Positions 12,421-22,261 of a stretch of 64,000 nt of DNA are shown here, in pieces (position 1 is the stretch's first letter; each line of letters begins with the position of its first letter). The DNA is from Candidatus Eiseniibacteriota bacterium (lineage in GTDB: Bacteria; Eisenbacteria; RBG-16-71-46; SZUA-252), in the NCBI GenBank assembly GCA_036505295.1, contig DASXTQ010000084.1, positions 511-64,510 on the forward strand, given 5' to 3'. The position numbers and the translations under genes are program-made. The notes beneath the pieces are model-generated. The model ran no database searches and was not told where the DNA came from. It saw nothing but the letters and a program-made list of their open reading frames with translations.

Positions 12421-14859
12421 ATGGCCACGCGCGATAAAGAAGTTCCGATCTACATCGAAGATGAGATGCGGAACTCCTACATCGATTATTCGATGTCGGT
12501 CATCATCTCGCGCGCCCTGCCGGACGTCCGGGACGGCCTGAAGCCCGTCCACAGGCGGATCCTCGTGGCCATGCGGGAGCTGAATCTCCTCCACGACCGC
12601 CCGTTCCGGAAATCCGCCAAGATCACCGGCGACGTCACGGGAAACTACCACCCGCACGGCACCGCGGCCGTGTACGAGACCATGGTCCGCATGGCCCAGA
12701 CGTTCTCGATGCGCTACCCGCTCGTGGACGGGCAGGGAAACTTCGGTTCGGTCGACGGGGACGCGCCGGCGGCGGAGCGGTACACCGAGGCCCGGCTCAC
12801 CGAGTTCGCGGAAGAGATGCTCCGCGACATGGAGCGCGACACCGTCGACATGCGGCCGAACTACGACGAGTCGCGCGAAGAGCCGGTGGTGCTTCCCGCG
12901 GGGGTGCCGAACCTCCTCGTGAACGGCTCGGCCGGCATCGCGGTGGGCATGGCGACGAACGTTCCGCCGCACAACCTCCGCGAGATCGTGGATGCGATTC
13001 ACCACGTCATCGATCATCCCGATTGCGAGGTCGAGGATCTCCTTTCGATGGTGCAGGGGCCTGATTTCCCAACGAGAGGCGTGATCTACGGCCGGCAGGG
13101 AATCCAGGATTGCTACCGCACCGGCCGCGGCCATATCACCGTGAGATCGCGCGCCACGATCGAAGAGATCAGGAAGGACCGAGAGGCGATCATCGTCACC
13201 GAGATTCCCTACATGGTGAGCAAGGCGGCGCTCCTCGAGAAGATCGCGGAGCTGGTCAAGGACGGCCCGCTCGACGGGATCTCGGATCTTCGCGACGAAT
13301 CCGATCGTGAGGGCATGCGGATCGTGATCGAGCTGAAGCGCGACGCGCAGCCCAAGGTCGTCTTGAACCAGCTCTTCAAGCACACCCAGATGCAGACGAC
13401 CTTCGGCGCGAACATGCTGGCCCTTGTCGGCAACAGGCCGCTCACGCTGACGCTCAAGGAGATGATCGAGCACTACATCGCGCACCGCCGGGACGTCGTG
13501 GTCCGGCGGACGCGGTTCGACCTCGCGGAGGCGGAGCGGCGCGCGCATATCCTCGAAGGGCTGAAGATCGCCCTCGACCACATCGACGAGATCGTGGCCC
13601 TGATCCGCGCGGCGGCGGATACCGAGGGTGCTAAGACCGGGCTCATGAGCCGCTTCGGCCTGAGCGAGATCCAGGCGAACGCGATCCTCGAAATGCGGCT
13701 GTCGAGGCTCACCGGCCTCGAGCGCCAGAAGGTCGAGGACGAGTACCTCGAGGTGATCCAGCTCATCGAGCGGCTGAAGGCCATCCTCGATTCGCCCGCG
13801 AAAGTGCTCCAGATCATCAAGGACGAAATGGCGGCGGTCCGGGAGCGCTTTGGAGACGAGCGCCGGACGGAGATCGTCGCGGGCTCCGGGGAATTCGAGG
13901 CCGAGGACCTGATCGCCGAAGAGGACATGGTGATCACGATCTCCCACGCGGGCTACATCAAGCGCCTGCCGGTGACGACCTACCGGAGCCAGCGCCGCGG
14001 CGGTCGCGGCATCACGGGCGCGGGCACTCGGGAAGAGGACTTCATCGAGCATCTCTTCATCGCCTCGACCCATAGCTACATCCTCGTCTTCACCGACCGC
14101 GGGCGCGTCTACTGGCTCAAGGTTCACGAGGTCCCGCAGGGCGGGCGGACCGCCAAGGGGAAGGCGATCGTCAACATGGTCGAGATGTCGCAACAGGAGC
14201 GCGTGGCTGGGGTGCTCCCCGTCAAGGAGTTCCAGGACACTCACTTCATCATGATGTGCACGGCGAAGGGAACCGTGAAGAAGACGCCGCTCTCCGCCTA
14301 CTCCAATCCGCGACGCGGCGGCATCGTGGCGATCGGGGTGGAACCGGAGGATTCGCTCATCGACGCGGTCCTCACGGACGGCACCCAGGACATCATCTTG
14401 CAGAAGCGGAACGGCAAGGCGATCCGCTTCAACGAACAGGATGTCCGGCCGATGGGGCGCACCGCCTATGGCGTGCGCGGAGTGACCCTCGAAGAGGACG
14501 ACGCGGTGGTCGGCATGATCGCGGTGAAACGGGAGGCCACGCTCCTCGTGGCGACCGAGAACGGCTACGGCAAGCGTTCACCGATTTCCGATTACCGTAT
14601 TACCGGGCGCGGCGGGAAGGGGATCATTTCCATCCAAGCGACCGAGCGCAACGGGCGCGTCGTGGCGGCCCTGGAAGTGATCCCGAGCGACCAGGTCATG
14701 CTCATCACGCGCGGGGGGATCGTCATCCGCACGAAGGTCTCCGAGATATCCGAGATCGGACGCAACACCCAGGGAGTCCGGCTCATCAACTTGGAGGCGG
14801 GGGATCAGTTGATCGACGTCGCCAAGGTGGAGGAGAAGGACGAGGGTGAGGAGGTGTAG
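12421..14859 (+). CDS. gyrA: DNA gyrase subunit A
   Basis: 812 aa with a QRDR region (...[17 protein letters not shown]...) and a C-terminal beta-pinwheel ending in an acidic tail. Confidence 0.95.
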   Translation: MATRDKEVPIYIEDEMRNSYIDYSMSVIISRALPDVRDGLKPVHRRILVAMRELNLLHDRPFRKSAKITGDVTGNYHPHGTAAVYETMVRMAQTFSMRYPLVDGQGNFGSVDGDAPAAERYTEARLTEFAEEMLRDMERDTVDMRPNYDESREEPVVLPAGVPNLLVNGSAGIAVGMATNVPPHNLREIVDAIHHVIDHPDCEVEDLLSMVQGPDFPTRGVIYGRQGIQDCYRTGRGHITVRSRATIEEIRKDREAIIVTEIPYMVSKAALLEKIAELVKDGPLDGISDLRDESDREGMRIVIELKRDAQPKVVLNQLFKHTQMQTTFGANMLALVGNRPLTLTLKEMIEHYIAHRRDVVVRRTRFDLAEAERRAHILEGLKIALDHIDEIVALIRAAADTEGAKTGLMSRFGLSEIQANAILEMRLSRLTGLERQKVEDEYLEVIQLIERLKAILDSPAKVLQIIKDEMAAVRERFGDERRTEIVAGSGEFEAEDLIAEEDMVITISHAGYIKRLPVTTYRSQRRGGRGITGAGTREEDFIEHLFIASTHSYILVFTDRGRVYWLKVHEVPQGGRTAKGKAIVNMVEMSQQERVAGVLPVKEFQDTHFIMMCTAKGTVKKTPLSAYSNPRRGGIVAIGVEPEDSLIDAVLTDGTQDIILQKRNGKAIRFNEQDVRPMGRTAYGVRGVTLEEDDAVVGMIAVKREATLLVATENGYGKRSPISDYRITGRGGKGIISIQATERNGRVVAALEVIPSDQVMLITRGGIVIRTKVSEISEIGRNTQGVRLINLEAGDQLIDVAKVEEKDEGEEV

Positions 14860-14871
14860 CTGGATCCGAGG

Positions 14872-15513
14872 ATCTCGACCTCCACGGTTCGGCGGCTCTC
14901 CGATTACTACCGTGTCCTGGAGGAGCTCGAGCTCGAAGGCGTCAAGACAATCTCCTCGCAGGGGCTCGCCCGCCTGAGCGGCGTCACGTCCGCTCAAGTC
15001 CGCAAGGATCTCTCCTACTTCGGCAACTTCGGAAAACGCGGGCTCGGCTATAACGTCGCGCGCCTGAGGAAGGAGATCCGCCTCATCCTGGGATTGAATC
15101 GCAGGTGGAAGGTCGCGCTGGTCGGCGCCGGGAACATCGGGTCGGCCCTTTTTTCATACAAGGAGTTTCGCCGGCAGGGATTCGATTTTGCCGCCGTATT
15201 CGACGTGAGCCCCGACCGCGTGGGCCAGCGCTGGCGCGACCTGCACATCCTCAACGTCGAGTCGCTGCAACAGGAGACCGAGCGATTGGGGCTCGAGATC
15301 GGCGTGATCGCCGTTCCGGCGCGAGCGGCTCAGGCGGTGGCCGACCGGATGGTCCATGCCGGGATGCGCGGCATCCTGAACTTCGCCCACCGGAAGCTCT
15401 TCGTGCCACCCCAGGTCGCCCTCAGAAACGTCAACCTCGCGGTCGAGCTGGAGAGTCTCTCGTTCTCCATCAAGGCGCTGATCTCCCGGCCCGCCGGCCG
15501 GGCGCGCCGCTGA
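14872..15513 (+). CDS. rex: redox-sensing transcriptional repressor Rex (start codon uncertain)
   Basis: In frame from just after the gyrA stop: ...RRLSDYYRVLEELELEGVKTISSQGLARLSGVTSAQVRKDLSYFGNFGKRGLGYNV...WKVALVGAGNIGSAL..., a Rex winged helix plus Rossmann fold. The only canonical in-frame start is the internal Met at 15094. No ATG/GTG/TTG lies between the gyrA TAG (14857) and 14884, so an ATC (14872) or CTG (14860) start is implied. Confidence 0.75.
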   Translation: MSTSTVRRLSDYYRVLEELELEGVKTISSQGLARLSGVTSAQVRKDLSYFGNFGKRGLGYNVARLRKEIRLILGLNRRWKVALVGAGNIGSALFSYKEFRRQGFDFAAVFDVSPDRVGQRWRDLHILNVESLQQETERLGLEIGVIAVPARAAQAVADRMVHAGMRGILNFAHRKLFVPPQVALRNVNLAVELESLSFSIKALISRPAGRARR

Positions 15514-15531
15514 TGCATTCGGGCGCTTAGC

Positions 15532-16434
15532 GTGGGGCGCGCTGCCTCGCCGACGGCCCCAACCCCCGAAGGGCCCGTCTCGACGAGCCGCGTCGCGGAG
15601 GGATCGCTCCTCCTCATCACCGCGATCTGGGGAACGACGTTTCCGCTCCTGCGCACGACCCTCCACTTCGTCAACCCCTTCGACATCATCGCGCTCCGAT
15701 TCACGATCGCGGGCGCCGTGCTCGCCTTGATCTATAGGAGACGGCTCTTCCGGATGAGAGGCACGGCCGTCCTGGACAGCGTCCGCACGGGCCTTTTCAT
15801 GGTCGCGGGCTACCTCACGCAAGCCATCGGGCTCACGACCATCAGCACCCCACGATCGGCGTTTCTGACCGGAACCGCCGTGGTGTTCGTACCGCTCCTA
15901 TCCTTCTTCGTCCTGCGCTCGGGGGTGGGGGCCGGCGAGGCCGCCGGGGTTGTGCTCGCATTCCTGGGGCTCGGGTTCTTCTACTCCGATGCAGGACTCG
16001 GATTTCGTGCGGGCGACATCTGGACCCTTGCCGGAGCGGTGGCCTTCGCGGGGCAAGTCGTCTATACCAACGTCGCCGCGCGCCGCAGCGATCCCTTCGC
16101 GGTCTCCGCGCTGCAAGCCGTGGTGGCGGCCGCCGTGGGTTGGATATTCGTCGGAGCGCACGGCGGGATTTCGGTCCCTGCGCGTTCCATTCCGTGGGGG
16201 ACGATCCTCTATCTCGGCCTCATCGCGACCGCGTTCATCCTCGTGCTCCAAACGTGGGCCTTGGGCAAGACGAAACCGGTGCGGGCCGGGGTCATTTACT
16301 CGCTGGAACCGGTTTTCGCCTCGATATTCGCGATGTCGTTCTTCGGTGAAGGAATGAGCTCGCGCGAGGTGCTGGGCAGCGCCGCGATTCTCCTCGGGGT
16401 GCTCGTCGCGGAGGTCAAGAAGGCGGCTCCCTGA
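15532..16434 (+). CDS. EamA/DMT family transporter
   Basis: 300 aa with about 10 TM helices and the two EamA repeats. Confidence 0.75.
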   Translation: MGRAASPTAPTPEGPVSTSRVAEGSLLLITAIWGTTFPLLRTTLHFVNPFDIIALRFTIAGAVLALIYRRRLFRMRGTAVLDSVRTGLFMVAGYLTQAIGLTTISTPRSAFLTGTAVVFVPLLSFFVLRSGVGAGEAAGVVLAFLGLGFFYSDAGLGFRAGDIWTLAGAVAFAGQVVYTNVAARRSDPFAVSALQAVVAAAVGWIFVGAHGGISVPARSIPWGTILYLGLIATAFILVLQTWALGKTKPVRAGVIYSLEPVFASIFAMSFFGEGMSSREVLGSAAILLGVLVAEVKKAAP

Positions 16435-16465
16435 GGGAAGCCTTTCCGGCGCGGAACCGGACGGC

Positions 16466-17233
16466 CTAGTGCGGCCCGGGCGGACGCTGGGCGGGCTGGG
16501 GCGCTCCCGGCAAAGCGCGGGCAAAGGCACGGAACGGCTCCTCGAGAGCCTGCGCCAGCTCGGGCGCTCCGGGATATCCCTCGGCCTCGGGCGGGACGGC
16601 CTGGCCGACCTCCACGCTGACCGCGGGTCCCCCGCCCGGTCGAGTCGACGATACGATCGGCGTCAAGTTCTCGCTCGACCCGTCGTACTTGCCGCTCATC
16701 ACAAGCGCCCGCCGCGCCACATCGTAGAGATGGATCCCGACGGTCGCATCCCTTCCCGTAATTCCCATCGCGTAGCCGGTCCTGCCTCCTCCGTCGGCAT
16801 CCGAGATGCCCCGAGCCGAATTGCGCGTGCGGTCCTTTTCCACCCTGGCGAGCACTACAAATCTGGCCACTCCATGCAGCGGATCGGCAATCTCGCGGAG
16901 CGCCGCCGAGTCCAGCGTTCCGTGATACTCGTAACCGAGGAGAATCCGTCGATAGCGCTCGTCGCCGAGCACGTGCCGGACGCTGTCCGCCCGGATCAGC
17001 GGGATATCTCCGCGCTCCCCTCCAAGAGTTTTCTCCAACATGGCGATGAGGGGAGGGCGAACCTGATCGGGCTCCTGAAATTTCACAACGCCGAGGACCG
17101 CGAGCTTCCCCTGGCGCAGATCGGCTGCCGTGAGCCCCGGATCCAGGCGCAAAAGATCCGATTCGGAGGCACACCCTGGGAGCGCTCCCCAAAGCAGGAG
17201 CGCCGCGAGCGCGACACGTTGCCGGGATTTCAC
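16466..17233 (-). CDS. hypothetical lipoprotein
   Basis: Signal peptide with lipobox (LLWGALPGCAS). No recognisable domain. Confidence 0.55.
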   Translation of the reverse strand: MKSRQRVALAALLLWGALPGCASESDLLRLDPGLTAADLRQGKLAVLGVVKFQEPDQVRPPLIAMLEKTLGGERGDIPLIRADSVRHVLGDERYRRILLGYEYHGTLDSAALREIADPLHGVARFVVLARVEKDRTRNSARGISDADGGGRTGYAMGITGRDATVGIHLYDVARRALVMSGKYDGSSENLTPIVSSTRPGGGPAVSVEVGQAVPPEAEGYPGAPELAQALEEPFRAFARALPGAPQPAQRPPGPH

Positions 17234-17276
17234 AGAGCCGATTGTACGCCATGCCGTCCCGGCGGATGCGGGCCGC

Positions 17277-18554
17277 TCACGGGACGCCGCCCATCACCTC
17301 GTCCAGAGCCTGCGTGATCGCGATCGCAATCTGGGCGAAATGGTGCGGATCCGAGACGAGCGGCGGCGCCACCAGCAGGTGATCTCCCCGCTCCCCGTCC
17401 GCCGAGCCGGCGCCTGCGTAGATCAGGATCCCTCGCTCGCGGCAGGCCGCCTCCATACGCTCGGCGATCGCGAGCCCGCGCGGAAACGGCGTCCCCGACC
17501 GGTCCGCTTGGAGCTCCACGCCGCGGAGAAACCCGAGTCCGCGCACCTCGCGGACGTGAGGGTGTCGCGCGAGGGGGGCGAGCGCGCCCGCGAGGAGCGT
17601 TTCCTTCTCGCGCACACGCGCGTCGATCTTCTCCTCGCGCAGCGCGGCGAGCACCCGTCGGCCCACGGCGCACGCGACCGGGTTGCCGCCGTAGGTCTGC
17701 GCGTGGACGAAGGGTCCTTCCGGAGCAGAATCGAGTGCCGAGGCCACGCGGCGGGTGAGGAGAACGCCTCCGACAGGGGCGTAGCCCGCGCCCGCTCCCT
17801 TACCGAAGGCGACGATGTCGGGGACGGCGCCTTGGTCCTCCGGGCGCTCGGCGAGTCTCTTCCAGGCGAAGAGCGGGCCGACCCGGCCGAACCCGGTCAA
17901 CACCTCGTCGGCAATCCATAAGGCGCGGCCCGCATCGCACGCGCTGCGAAGGCGCGTGAGATACCCCGGGGGTGGCACCGGCGCGCCCAGGGCGGCCGCC
18001 GGGACGGTCTCCGCGATCAGCGCCGCGGCGTCTCCCACCTCCTCGTCGAGCGGCCGGCCGCCTGCCTCCTCCGCGAATGCTCGCGAGCCTCCGCCCAGCA
18101 CCCTTTCGTAGGGCGCCCGGCGGGGACCGTAGTCGGTCACCTGCAACGCCGCGAGCGTCGCTCCGTGGAAGTGCCCGCGCAGGTGCGCCACGCGCGTCCG
18201 CCCCGCGGACCCGGCGGCACGCTGGAAACGGTAGGCCGTTTTGAGGGCGGCCTCCACCGCCTCGCTCCCCGAAGAAGTGAAGAGCACGCGCGAGAAAGGC
18301 GGGCCCGCCGCCTCGAGAAGCTCCCGGGCGTATCCTTCCGATTCCTCACTGTCGAACGTGGTGGGGCGGGCGAATGGGAGACGAGAAGCGGCCTCCGCCA
18401 TCACGCGGACCAGGTCCGTGCGGCTGTAGCCCAGCTGAACGCAGAAAGCGCCGGAGATCGCGTCCAAGTAGCGGCGGCCGGCCACGTCCCAGACGTGGAT
18501 CCCTTCAGCGCGGACGAGGGTCGAGCGTAACGATGGCGAGGCGGGAGAAGCCAC
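17277..18554 (-). CDS. class III PLP-dependent aminotransferase
   Basis: 425 aa with FTSSGSEAVEAALK, DEVLTGFGRVG, and a PLP-lysine region. Substrate is not assignable. Confidence 0.8.
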   Translation of the reverse strand: MASPASPSLRSTLVRAEGIHVWDVAGRRYLDAISGAFCVQLGYSRTDLVRVMAEAASRLPFARPTTFDSEESEGYARELLEAAGPPFSRVLFTSSGSEAVEAALKTAYRFQRAAGSAGRTRVAHLRGHFHGATLAALQVTDYGPRRAPYERVLGGGSRAFAEEAGGRPLDEEVGDAAALIAETVPAAALGAPVPPPGYLTRLRSACDAGRALWIADEVLTGFGRVGPLFAWKRLAERPEDQGAVPDIVAFGKGAGAGYAPVGGVLLTRRVASALDSAPEGPFVHAQTYGGNPVACAVGRRVLAALREEKIDARVREKETLLAGALAPLARHPHVREVRGLGFLRGVELQADRSGTPFPRGLAIAERMEAACRERGILIYAGAGSADGERGDHLLVAPPLVSDPHHFAQIAIAITQALDEVMGGVP

Positions 18555-18587
18555 GCCGGCGAGGATGCCAGCGTCGGAGGGGGAAGG

Positions 18588-20090
18588 CTAGCCTGAGTTC
18601 GTGACCCGCGTGGCGGCGCGCTCCAGAGCTGAAAGATGCGAGGAGCCGAGACGTATCGCCGAGGCCAGGAGCAGGCAGGCTTCGGCACGCGAGATATTTT
18701 TCGTCGACTGCGCGAGAGATTCGAATCCTGGGTCGAGAATCGGCACCGGCTTGACCGGTTCGACTTTGGCCCGCTTGGCCCGCTTGGCCCGCTTGGTCCG
18801 CGCGCGTTCGCCGCGAGCGGCGGCCTCTTTGGCGCTCCGGCCGGCCTTCGCAGCGGCAACCTTCCTCCGGGCCTCCGTCTCGGCGGCGGCGAGCCTGCGC
18901 GCCTCAAGTGCGGCGGTGACCGCGGCGTCGCGTCCCGCGAATTCCACGTTGAAATCGTTCGCAAGCTGGTCGGTTCCGATCCGAGCCAAGCTTGGGCTCT
19001 CGGCCGCGCGGCGATCCAGGCACCTGAGCACCAGCTCGAGAGCGTCCGACCGGCTCACATGATCCTCGGCGCGCTGGCCCGAGCGCTCGGTCTCGTCCAG
19101 GATTCCGGCATCCACGAGCGCGTCGAGGTTGGACCGGAACTCGTCCTTGGTGAAGGGGGTGCCCATGTGGAACATGGATACGAGGGCGGCGTAGAAGGCT
19201 CCCCGCGAGATGGAGTCGTCCGGATCGAAGCGCCTTTTCGTCCCCCACATCACGCCGTCCTTGATCGCGGCCAGGGCATAGCGGGACTGCCAGCTCCCGG
19301 GCTCCAAGTCCTCGAAGCGCATGACGCGGTCCTCGAGGAAGGCGAGCGGGTTCACCGTATGCGGAACGCCCGTCTGCGCGGGCTCCCCATCGGCGAGGTC
19401 GGTATCCGATTCCTCGTCCGCGTCGGCGACTTCGGCGCTTTCCTCGATCCGATTCATCCGGATCTCCAGATGGAGGTGCGGAGCGGTCGCGCGCCCGGTC
19501 CGACCCACCTTGGCGATGGGCTGCCCCGCTGCCACGATCTCCCCCTTCTTGACGAGCACCGAGCGCGGCAAGAGATGCGCGTAGAGGGAGTAAACGACGT
19601 CCCCGTTCGGCAGCCTGTGCCGGATCACGACCCGGTTTCCCCAGCCGGTGCGCCAGCGATAGGCCGTCCGGTACCGGGTCGCATGGGCGTAGACCTGCTT
19701 GCCGTCCACGACCTTCGGGAGCTTGACCGTTTGAGCTTTGCGCACCTTGACCAGCGCATTGCCGTCGCTCACGTCGACGACTCCAGCGGCTATCGCCCGG
19801 ACGACATGGCCGCTGGAGCCGGCGGAGAGATCCACGCCGTAGTGGACCCTCTGCGGCCGGCGGTTGCGGGCGCGGCGCACAGCGAGGTAGGGATCCGAAA
19901 CGTGGAACCCCGCGAACTCACCCGGCGCCGGCTTCGTGAAATCCTGCTCGTTTCCTATTGGATAAACGAACGCCCGGGCGATCGGGGCCGATTCTTCCGA
20001 CTGGCCCGGGGTGGGAGCAAGGAGGCAGAGGAGGGCCGCGGTAATCGAAAAACGACACGCCCGGCGAATGATCGTGCCGCGGGGCCGCAC
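18588..20090 (-). CDS. M23 (LytM-type) peptidase with a Lys/Arg/Ala-rich C-terminal tail
   Basis: Signal peptide and an HxxxD...HLHLE M23 core (SGHVVRAIAAGVV...APHLHLEIR). Tail contains KRAKRAKRAK. Confidence 0.75.
   Translation of the reverse strand: MRPRGTIIRRACRFSITAALLCLLAPTPGQSEESAPIARAFVYPIGNEQDFTKPAPGEFAGFHVSDPYLAVRRARNRRPQRVHYGVDLSAGSSGHVVRAIAAGVVDVSDGNALVKVRKAQTVKLPKVVDGKQVYAHATRYRTAYRWRTGWGNRVVIRHRLPNGDVVYSLYAHLLPRSVLVKKGEIVAAGQPIAKVGRTGRATAPHLHLEIRMNRIEESAEVADADEESDTDLADGEPAQTGVPHTVNPLAFLEDRVMRFEDLEPGSWQSRYALAAIKDGVMWGTKRRFDPDDSISRGAFYAALVSMFHMGTPFTKDEFRSNLDALVDAGILDETERSGQRAEDHVSRSDALELVLRCLDRRAAESPSLARIGTDQLANDFNVEFAGRDAAVTAALEARRLAAAETEARRKVAAAKAGRSAKEAAARGERARTKRAKRAKRAKVEPVKPVPILDPGFESLAQSTKNISRAEACLLLASAIRLGSSHLSALERAATRVTNSG
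18769..18795. repeat. 9-bp in-frame tandem repeat (gcccgcttg x3) inside the M23 peptidase gene
   Basis: Read directly. Encodes KRAKRAKRA on the minus strand. Confidence 0.8.
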
Positions 20091-20093
20091 GCG

Positions 20094-21098
20094 CTAGTCG
20101 TTCCCTGGGGCCGCGCTGCTCTGCGGCAGTCCGAAGCGGAACGTCCAGTCGAGGAGCCTTCTCGCCTCCGCAAACCGGAGCCGGTTGCTCGGCGCCCCGA
20201 GCAACACCGCGGTCACCTCCGTGCCGGAGGGAGTCTCGACTAGGGTGGCGAGGCAGTAGCCGGCTTCGCTGATGAAGCCTGTCTTTCCACCGGTGATGCG
20301 CCATTTGCTCCGGAGCAGTCGGTTCGTATTCACGAGCCGGTGGAGCTTCCGGTCCGAGGCGAATGTGTACGTCTGCTTCTGCATGATGGAGCTGACGATC
20401 GGATTGGAGGCGGCGGTCCGCAGCAGCGCGGCGATGGCCTGCGCCGTCGCCACGTTCTGCTCGCTCAGGCCGGTGGGCTCCACGAAACGCGCCCCCGTCA
20501 GACCCAGCGAATCCGCCAGCGTGTTCATTCTCTGAACGAACTCCTCGCTTGGAATGCCGCATGTTCGTACGAGCGCCTTCGTCGCGACGTTGTCCGAGGA
20601 CATGAGCGCCGCGTGAAGGAGATCCCGAACCGTGATCTCCTCGCGTGGGCGAATGTGCGAACGGCTCGAGTTCTTCACGTCTTCTTGCGCAATCTCGACG
20701 ACCTGGTCGAATTCCGGGGCGGTCTGGAAGAAGACGAGGGCGGTCATCAGCTTCGTCAGGCTCGCGATCGGATAGAGCTCTGCCGGATTCTTCTGGAAGA
20801 GCACCCGGTTGCTCGTCGCGTCCACGACGTAAGCCGCCTTAGCGTGCAGCCTCGGGATGCCATCCCGCGTAACCTGCGGCAGCGAGAAAGTCGCTCGCCT
20901 GCGTAGCCGGCGCCGCGGCCGGCGGGTACGCGTCCTCGAAGCGGTCGACGCCGTGACCGACGTGGATGCGAGCCTTGTACCGTCCGGGCCGGGCGAGCGT
21001 GCGTATTGCTGGGCTGGGGCGGCCGGGGCGTGCTCCGCCAGACCCAGTGTTACAAGGAGGCCACAAGCCAGGGAAATGAACGTTCGGCGATAGGTCAT
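20094..21098 (-). CDS. D-alanyl-D-alanine carboxypeptidase (peptidase S11, PBP5/DacA-like)
   Basis: SxxK (ASLTKLMTA) and SDN (SSDNVATKAL) motifs. Signal peptide after the Met at 21098. The track ORF extends to 21200. Confidence 0.8.
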   Translation of the reverse strand: MTYRRTFISLACGLLVTLGLAEHAPAAPAQQYARSPGPDGTRLASTSVTASTASRTRTRRPRRRLRRRATFSLPQVTRDGIPRLHAKAAYVVDATSNRVLFQKNPAELYPIASLTKLMTALVFFQTAPEFDQVVEIAQEDVKNSSRSHIRPREEITVRDLLHAALMSSDNVATKALVRTCGIPSEEFVQRMNTLADSLGLTGARFVEPTGLSEQNVATAQAIAALLRTAASNPIVSSIMQKQTYTFASDRKLHRLVNTNRLLRSKWRITGGKTGFISEAGYCLATLVETPSGTEVTAVLLGAPSNRLRFAEARRLLDWTFRFGLPQSSAAPGND

Positions 21099-21233
21099 AG
21101 GTTCCCAGCCCTCATCCGTGTGGGTCCCAGCGGGTTGTAGGAAAGGGACGTGGGATTGCCCCCCCACGCTTATCGGACTGGGCACTCCGATATGTAGCAA
21201 AAACCGTACGCGTTGCGGTGCTAAAGACGTTAA

Positions 21234-21261
21234 ACGGGACGCATGCTAGCACGCGTCCCGT
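21234..21261. terminator. near-perfect 28-bp palindrome (ACGGGACGC-ATGCTAGCAC-GCGTCCCGT), candidate terminator downstream of the PDZ-protein gene
   Basis: Read directly. A 9-bp GC-rich stem followed on the minus strand by TTAACGTCTTT. Confidence 0.4.
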
Positions 21262-21392
21262 CCGGGTCCAACCTCTTTGGTGTCGGCGGTTGGGAAGAAG
21301 GGAGGGGCGGGTGGGTTTGAACAGTTCTCGATGGGCTCGAACCATCCAAAGGAAACACCCACCCGCCGGTTTACTGGCTGCTCACAACAATG

Positions 21393-22160
21393 TCAGTCCC
21401 CGCTGTCGTTGTCGTCCCGGCCGCGATCGTCAGAACGGTTTCGATCTCTGTTGTTGTCCAGGATGCCGCCGCGCTGAAGGTCGGACCGAAGATCGTGGAT
21501 TTCCCGCTCCAGGCGCGCGAGATCCTCGTCGCGCAGCTTGGACAGTTGCTCCTGAATGTCGCGGAGCTGCCGCTCGAGGTCACCCTGATTCCGGCGAAAC
21601 ATCTGCATCCTGGGGCCGCCGTCGGGCCCGCCGCGGTCGCCGCCCGGACCTTCCCAACCCGGCATCGGCATGGGGGGGGTGGGGGCGTCGTTGCCCTCGG
21701 GGCGTGATCCGACCTTGAGGTTCAGAGTCTTCCGCACGCCGTCGCGCCAAATCAGTACGGGTACCTTCGAGCCCGGCTCCAAGTCACGCACGAGCTGGAC
21801 TAAGTCCGATGGATCGGGCGTCGCCTCGTGATTCACCTCCAGAATTACGTCCCCTCGCCTGACCCCGCCGTTGTCCGCTGGACTCCCGTCCTCCACGGCG
21901 TTGACGAGCGTCCCCTCCGTGGACTCCGGAATGCCTTTCGCGCGACGCAACGCGGCCGTGAGCCGCTGGACCTGGACGCCCAAGTACCCGGCTTGGGCAT
22001 CGCGCTCCTCGCCATCGCGCGTGATACGGATGACTTTCTTTTCGGTTCCGCCCTTTGTGTCCTCGTCATCCGCGCGAGACACGGAGAGGGCCGCCGAGGA
22101 GAGGCCCAACCCCATGGCCAAAAGGGCGGCGCCCAAGGGCATCCATTGACGCAGCTTCAT
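21393..22160 (-). CDS. periplasmic PDZ-domain protein with a Gly/Pro/Asp/Arg-rich low-complexity C-terminal half
   Basis: Signal peptide and a PDZ-like segment (GTLVNAVEDGSPADNGGVRRGDVILEVNHEA). No protease domain. Confidence 0.55.
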   Translation of the reverse strand: MKLRQWMPLGAALLAMGLGLSSAALSVSRADDEDTKGGTEKKVIRITRDGEERDAQAGYLGVQVQRLTAALRRAKGIPESTEGTLVNAVEDGSPADNGGVRRGDVILEVNHEATPDPSDLVQLVRDLEPGSKVPVLIWRDGVRKTLNLKVGSRPEGNDAPTPPMPMPGWEGPGGDRGGPDGGPRMQMFRRNQGDLERQLRDIQEQLSKLRDEDLARLEREIHDLRSDLQRGGILDNNRDRNRSDDRGRDDNDSGD

Positions 22161-22261
22161 TCATGACCTCCTTGCAGGGCTGAAACTTACAGGGCCACCT
22201 ACGCCTCATCCAGGCACTACCGCCCCAGGGCTTCTAAAGTTCCAGCGGGGCGCCCCGGCGG

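Noticed and set aside
21305-21340. tRNA gene suggested by a GGTTCGAGCCC T-loop-like motif
   Set aside because: No matching acceptor stem, D-arm or anticodon arm could be built on either strand. Kept only as a note in the findings.
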